The notes under the pieces are model-generated. The model searched no databases. It was not told the DNA's origin and was given only the letters and a program-made list of their open reading frames with translations. Shown here piece by piece: positions 60,946-64,000 of a stretch of 64,000 bases of DNA. The stretch's first letter is position 1; each line of letters opens with the position of its first letter. The stretch is from the NCBI GenBank assembly GCA_951406725.2, contig OX597823.1:94612001-94676000 (forward strand), read 5' to 3'. Source of the stretch: Octopus vulgaris. Lineage: Eukaryota. The translations under genes were made by a program, and so were the position numbers.

Positions 60946-63900
60946 TCTGTTCTTGCAGAGTAATGAAAACTTATACGTCCATAGTGGTCCCATTCGACCA
61001 CCTTCCCATATTGTCCCACGAAGATAACACCTAACCAGAAATCAAACACTGTCACTGATGTTCTTGACAGTTACCTGACATTTTACATTTTGAGTTCAAA
61101 TCTCGCCAAGGTCAACTTTGCCTTTCATCCTTTCAAGGTCAATAAAGTGCCAGTCATGTACTGGGGGAGGGTTGAACGTATCAAATTACCCCTTTTCCCT
61201 TTACCTAAATAACAAATCATTATTCACTTTCGCCAAGGTAGACTTTGCCTTTCGTCATTCCAGGGTCAATGAAATAAGTACCAGTTAAATACTGGGGTTG
61301 ATATAATCGAATTCCCCCCCTCCCTTCCTCCGAAATTGCTGACCTTGTACCTAAATCAGAAACCATTAATTAGTTTGTTTGTTATGAATAGTCAAGTCAT
61401 CAATTACGACAGATATGAATGAAAGTGAGGTGTGTGTGTTTGTCCGGATTAAATTATAAACACTGCTTCTGTAGGTTAATCATTTTGTGTGTGTGGTTGG
61501 TTTAATTCTGTTGCCCTTCCCTACAAACCGTAGCTGCTATACAATTGCTCATAAAGTCTGTGTGTGTGGTTTTCTTTGAGCAATATTTTCACTTTTGTGA
61601 CTGGAATCTTTTGCTAATTGAAACAGTTTCCACTTAAAAGCAGGTGTTAATCTTGCCATTAAAAGTGGCTTTAGTAGTTTAGTGTGGGAGGCGGAGTAAA
61701 ACACTGGACCTCAGGTAGGATTTAACTTAAATTATTTCATTCCTCATGCTGCTACATGTTTAAAAAATATCAGTTATGGGTATTGGGGTGGGAGATATTA
61801 AGCACTGGAGTCCCACTGCTCTTCTCCTAAAATTAACAAAAAAAAAGTGTAGCGATTGTAAACTTTGTGAAAAAGAAACACTATGGGTGTTGTTATATTT
61901 GAACTCCTAATCATGATGTTTAGCCCCCAAGTCAGCACCAATTCTACATGTCTATGGCCAAAGACAATCTATTTGCGACCCTCCTGTCTTTTTTGTATAC
62001 CTGAGACTTTATTGTCAGTGCCATTCATTTTCTTTTTAAATCCTTTTGCTACCAACCTGCCCGTGACCACCCCTGCTTTTATGATACAAACTTTCAGCTT
62101 TAAAGTGCTTAATAGTGACAAAATTATTTTACAAAATTCTTTATTATTTTCAAATAACAAATCAACTGAAACAAATATCAGTAACACAAGGGTTAACACT
62201 GTAGGGTAGAATTTGAGGGAGATTTTGCTGTTATTTCTAGCAGGTTGTGTACACAAAAGGCTTCTTTACACGTAATGAGCAATTGAGTAATTGTTCCTGT
62301 TTTGGTGTATGCACATTAGATGTGTGTGTAGTAGACCTCATCCATTGCCTGGGCCTTGAGTACCTGTAACAGAGTCCATTCCGTTACAAGCATTGGAATC
62401 AGGTCTCCATTACATGGGAACATTGTTCTCTTCCCTCCAGCCAGTTTCAAGGATCCTGAAAAAGGGCCTTAGATATTTCTGTTTCTCTTTCGACTGACCC
62501 ATTAAATAAAAAAAAAAATGATTTGCATAATCAAAATCAAATCACAATCAAATGGAAATTGTAGTTGTAGCTGATACCAGTGCCACCTGACTGTCTCCCC
62601 TGCTGGTAGCACGCAATAAGCACCATTTATGCATGGGTCATTGCCAGTTCCGCCTGACTGGCTCCCTGTGCTGGTGGCATGTAAAAAGCACCATCTGAAC
62701 ATCAGCCCCCACACCCCATCAGGCTCCTGTGCCGGTGGCATGCAAAAAGCACCATCTGAACATGGCCAATGCCAGTGCTCCCTGACTGACTCCTGTGCTG
62801 GTGGCACGCAAAAAGCACCCACTACACTCTCAGAGTGGTCAGTATTTGGAAGGGCATCCACCCATAGAAACTTTGACAGATCAGATTGGAGCCTGGTGCA
62901 GCCTCCTGGCTTGCTAGTCCTCAGTCAAACCAGCCAACCCATGACAGCATGGAAAGTGGACGTTAAATGATGATGATGATGATGATGAATTTACAGCCCC
63001 AGACTTAAGAGCAAAAACCATGACCTTCTGAGTTTTTACTTTTGGAAAGAGAACACTTTTAGGGGTGTGTTTTTTTAGTGTGTTTCTTTTTTTCTACAGC
63101 AGTAATTTGAAAAATATTTGGCTGCTATTTTGAGCAAGTTGGGCAACCATATAGAGCAGGGGAGGAGGAAACTTGGACTCAAGGGTGAAATTTTGCTCAA
63201 AGCTCTCTTCAAAACTACTGACCAAGTCTCTAAAAAGCCCTTTGAAAATGTTTAAAACTTCAGACCAAATAATTTTGCTCCTGTCTTACTATATACACTG
63301 ATTTTGTTTCTGTTAATTTATTGGTTTCAAATTTTGACACAAGGCCAGCAATTTTAGGGGAAGTGTAAATCACTTACATCGACCCCCCCAGTACACAGCT
63401 GGTATTTATTTTATCGACTCCAAAAGGATTAAAGGTAAAGTCAATGATTCTGCCAGCTGGCTACTTTTTTGTTTCAATTAATTTATTAAAATGATTTTAT
63501 CGTTACCAAGCTGGTGTATTGGAATATAAATCAACTTGAAATTTTGATAGAAGGTTTTAATTTCGATCATTTAAAAGCACAAAGTTTGTGTCATAAAACC
63601 CTGGTCAGTCTCTGGTGGGTTGGCATCAAAAAGATTAATAATGTTTAACCCTTATAAATCTTCCCTAGTGCAAATATACCCCTACTGGTCCTTATATACT
63701 TATGACTCACTCCTAATACGAAAATGGTTCAACACCCTTCAGTGGTTAAATGGTTTACTCTTTCAAGTTCTAACTGATGAAAGACCTCAATGAAATTAAC
63801 CTTTTTTTCATGTATTTCTGTCGGACTGCACTACTTGGATTTCAATTAATTTTTAAAATAATGAAGAAATTAGCAAAATAATTTTTGTCATTATTCAACT

Positions 63901-64000
63901 GGTGATTGGAACACAAATTGACATGGAACTTTAATGGAAGGCTTTTAATTTAGACCACTTTAAAACAGTGAATTTGTGCAATAAAACCAGGGCTGGTCTC

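Overview
AT-rich, repeat-dense animal genomic DNA. The SINE families and (AAT)n/(GAT)n/(TA)n tails look like octopus/cephalopod; this is inferred from repeat recognition only. Two protein-coding genes are supported. The first is a three-coding-exon PMP22/EMP/claudin-superfamily tetraspan gene (+, 15297-15525, 23475-23621, 29104-29360; 210 aa). The second is the first coding exon of a sorting nexin 3/12 gene (+, 51175-51327); no later exon was recognised in the window. The rest is mostly tRNA-derived SINEs, decayed LINE 3' ends (RTE, CR1/L2, R4/Dong, CRE-like, L1/Tx1-like), non-autonomous Helitrons/Helentron, MITEs (hAT, piggyBac, Tc1/pogo, telomere-repeat-bearing) and microsatellites. The most notable signal is a set of short non-coding, Penelope-style retroelements carrying minimal type I hammerhead-ribozyme motifs. 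One is a tRNA-headed (Pol III) family at three loci, with inverted tail duplications at two and a clean TSD at one. Two unrelated elements have cores with compensatory swaps of the 3-8 pair (U3-A8, G3-C8). Almost all ORFs in the supplied track are spurious repeat translations.
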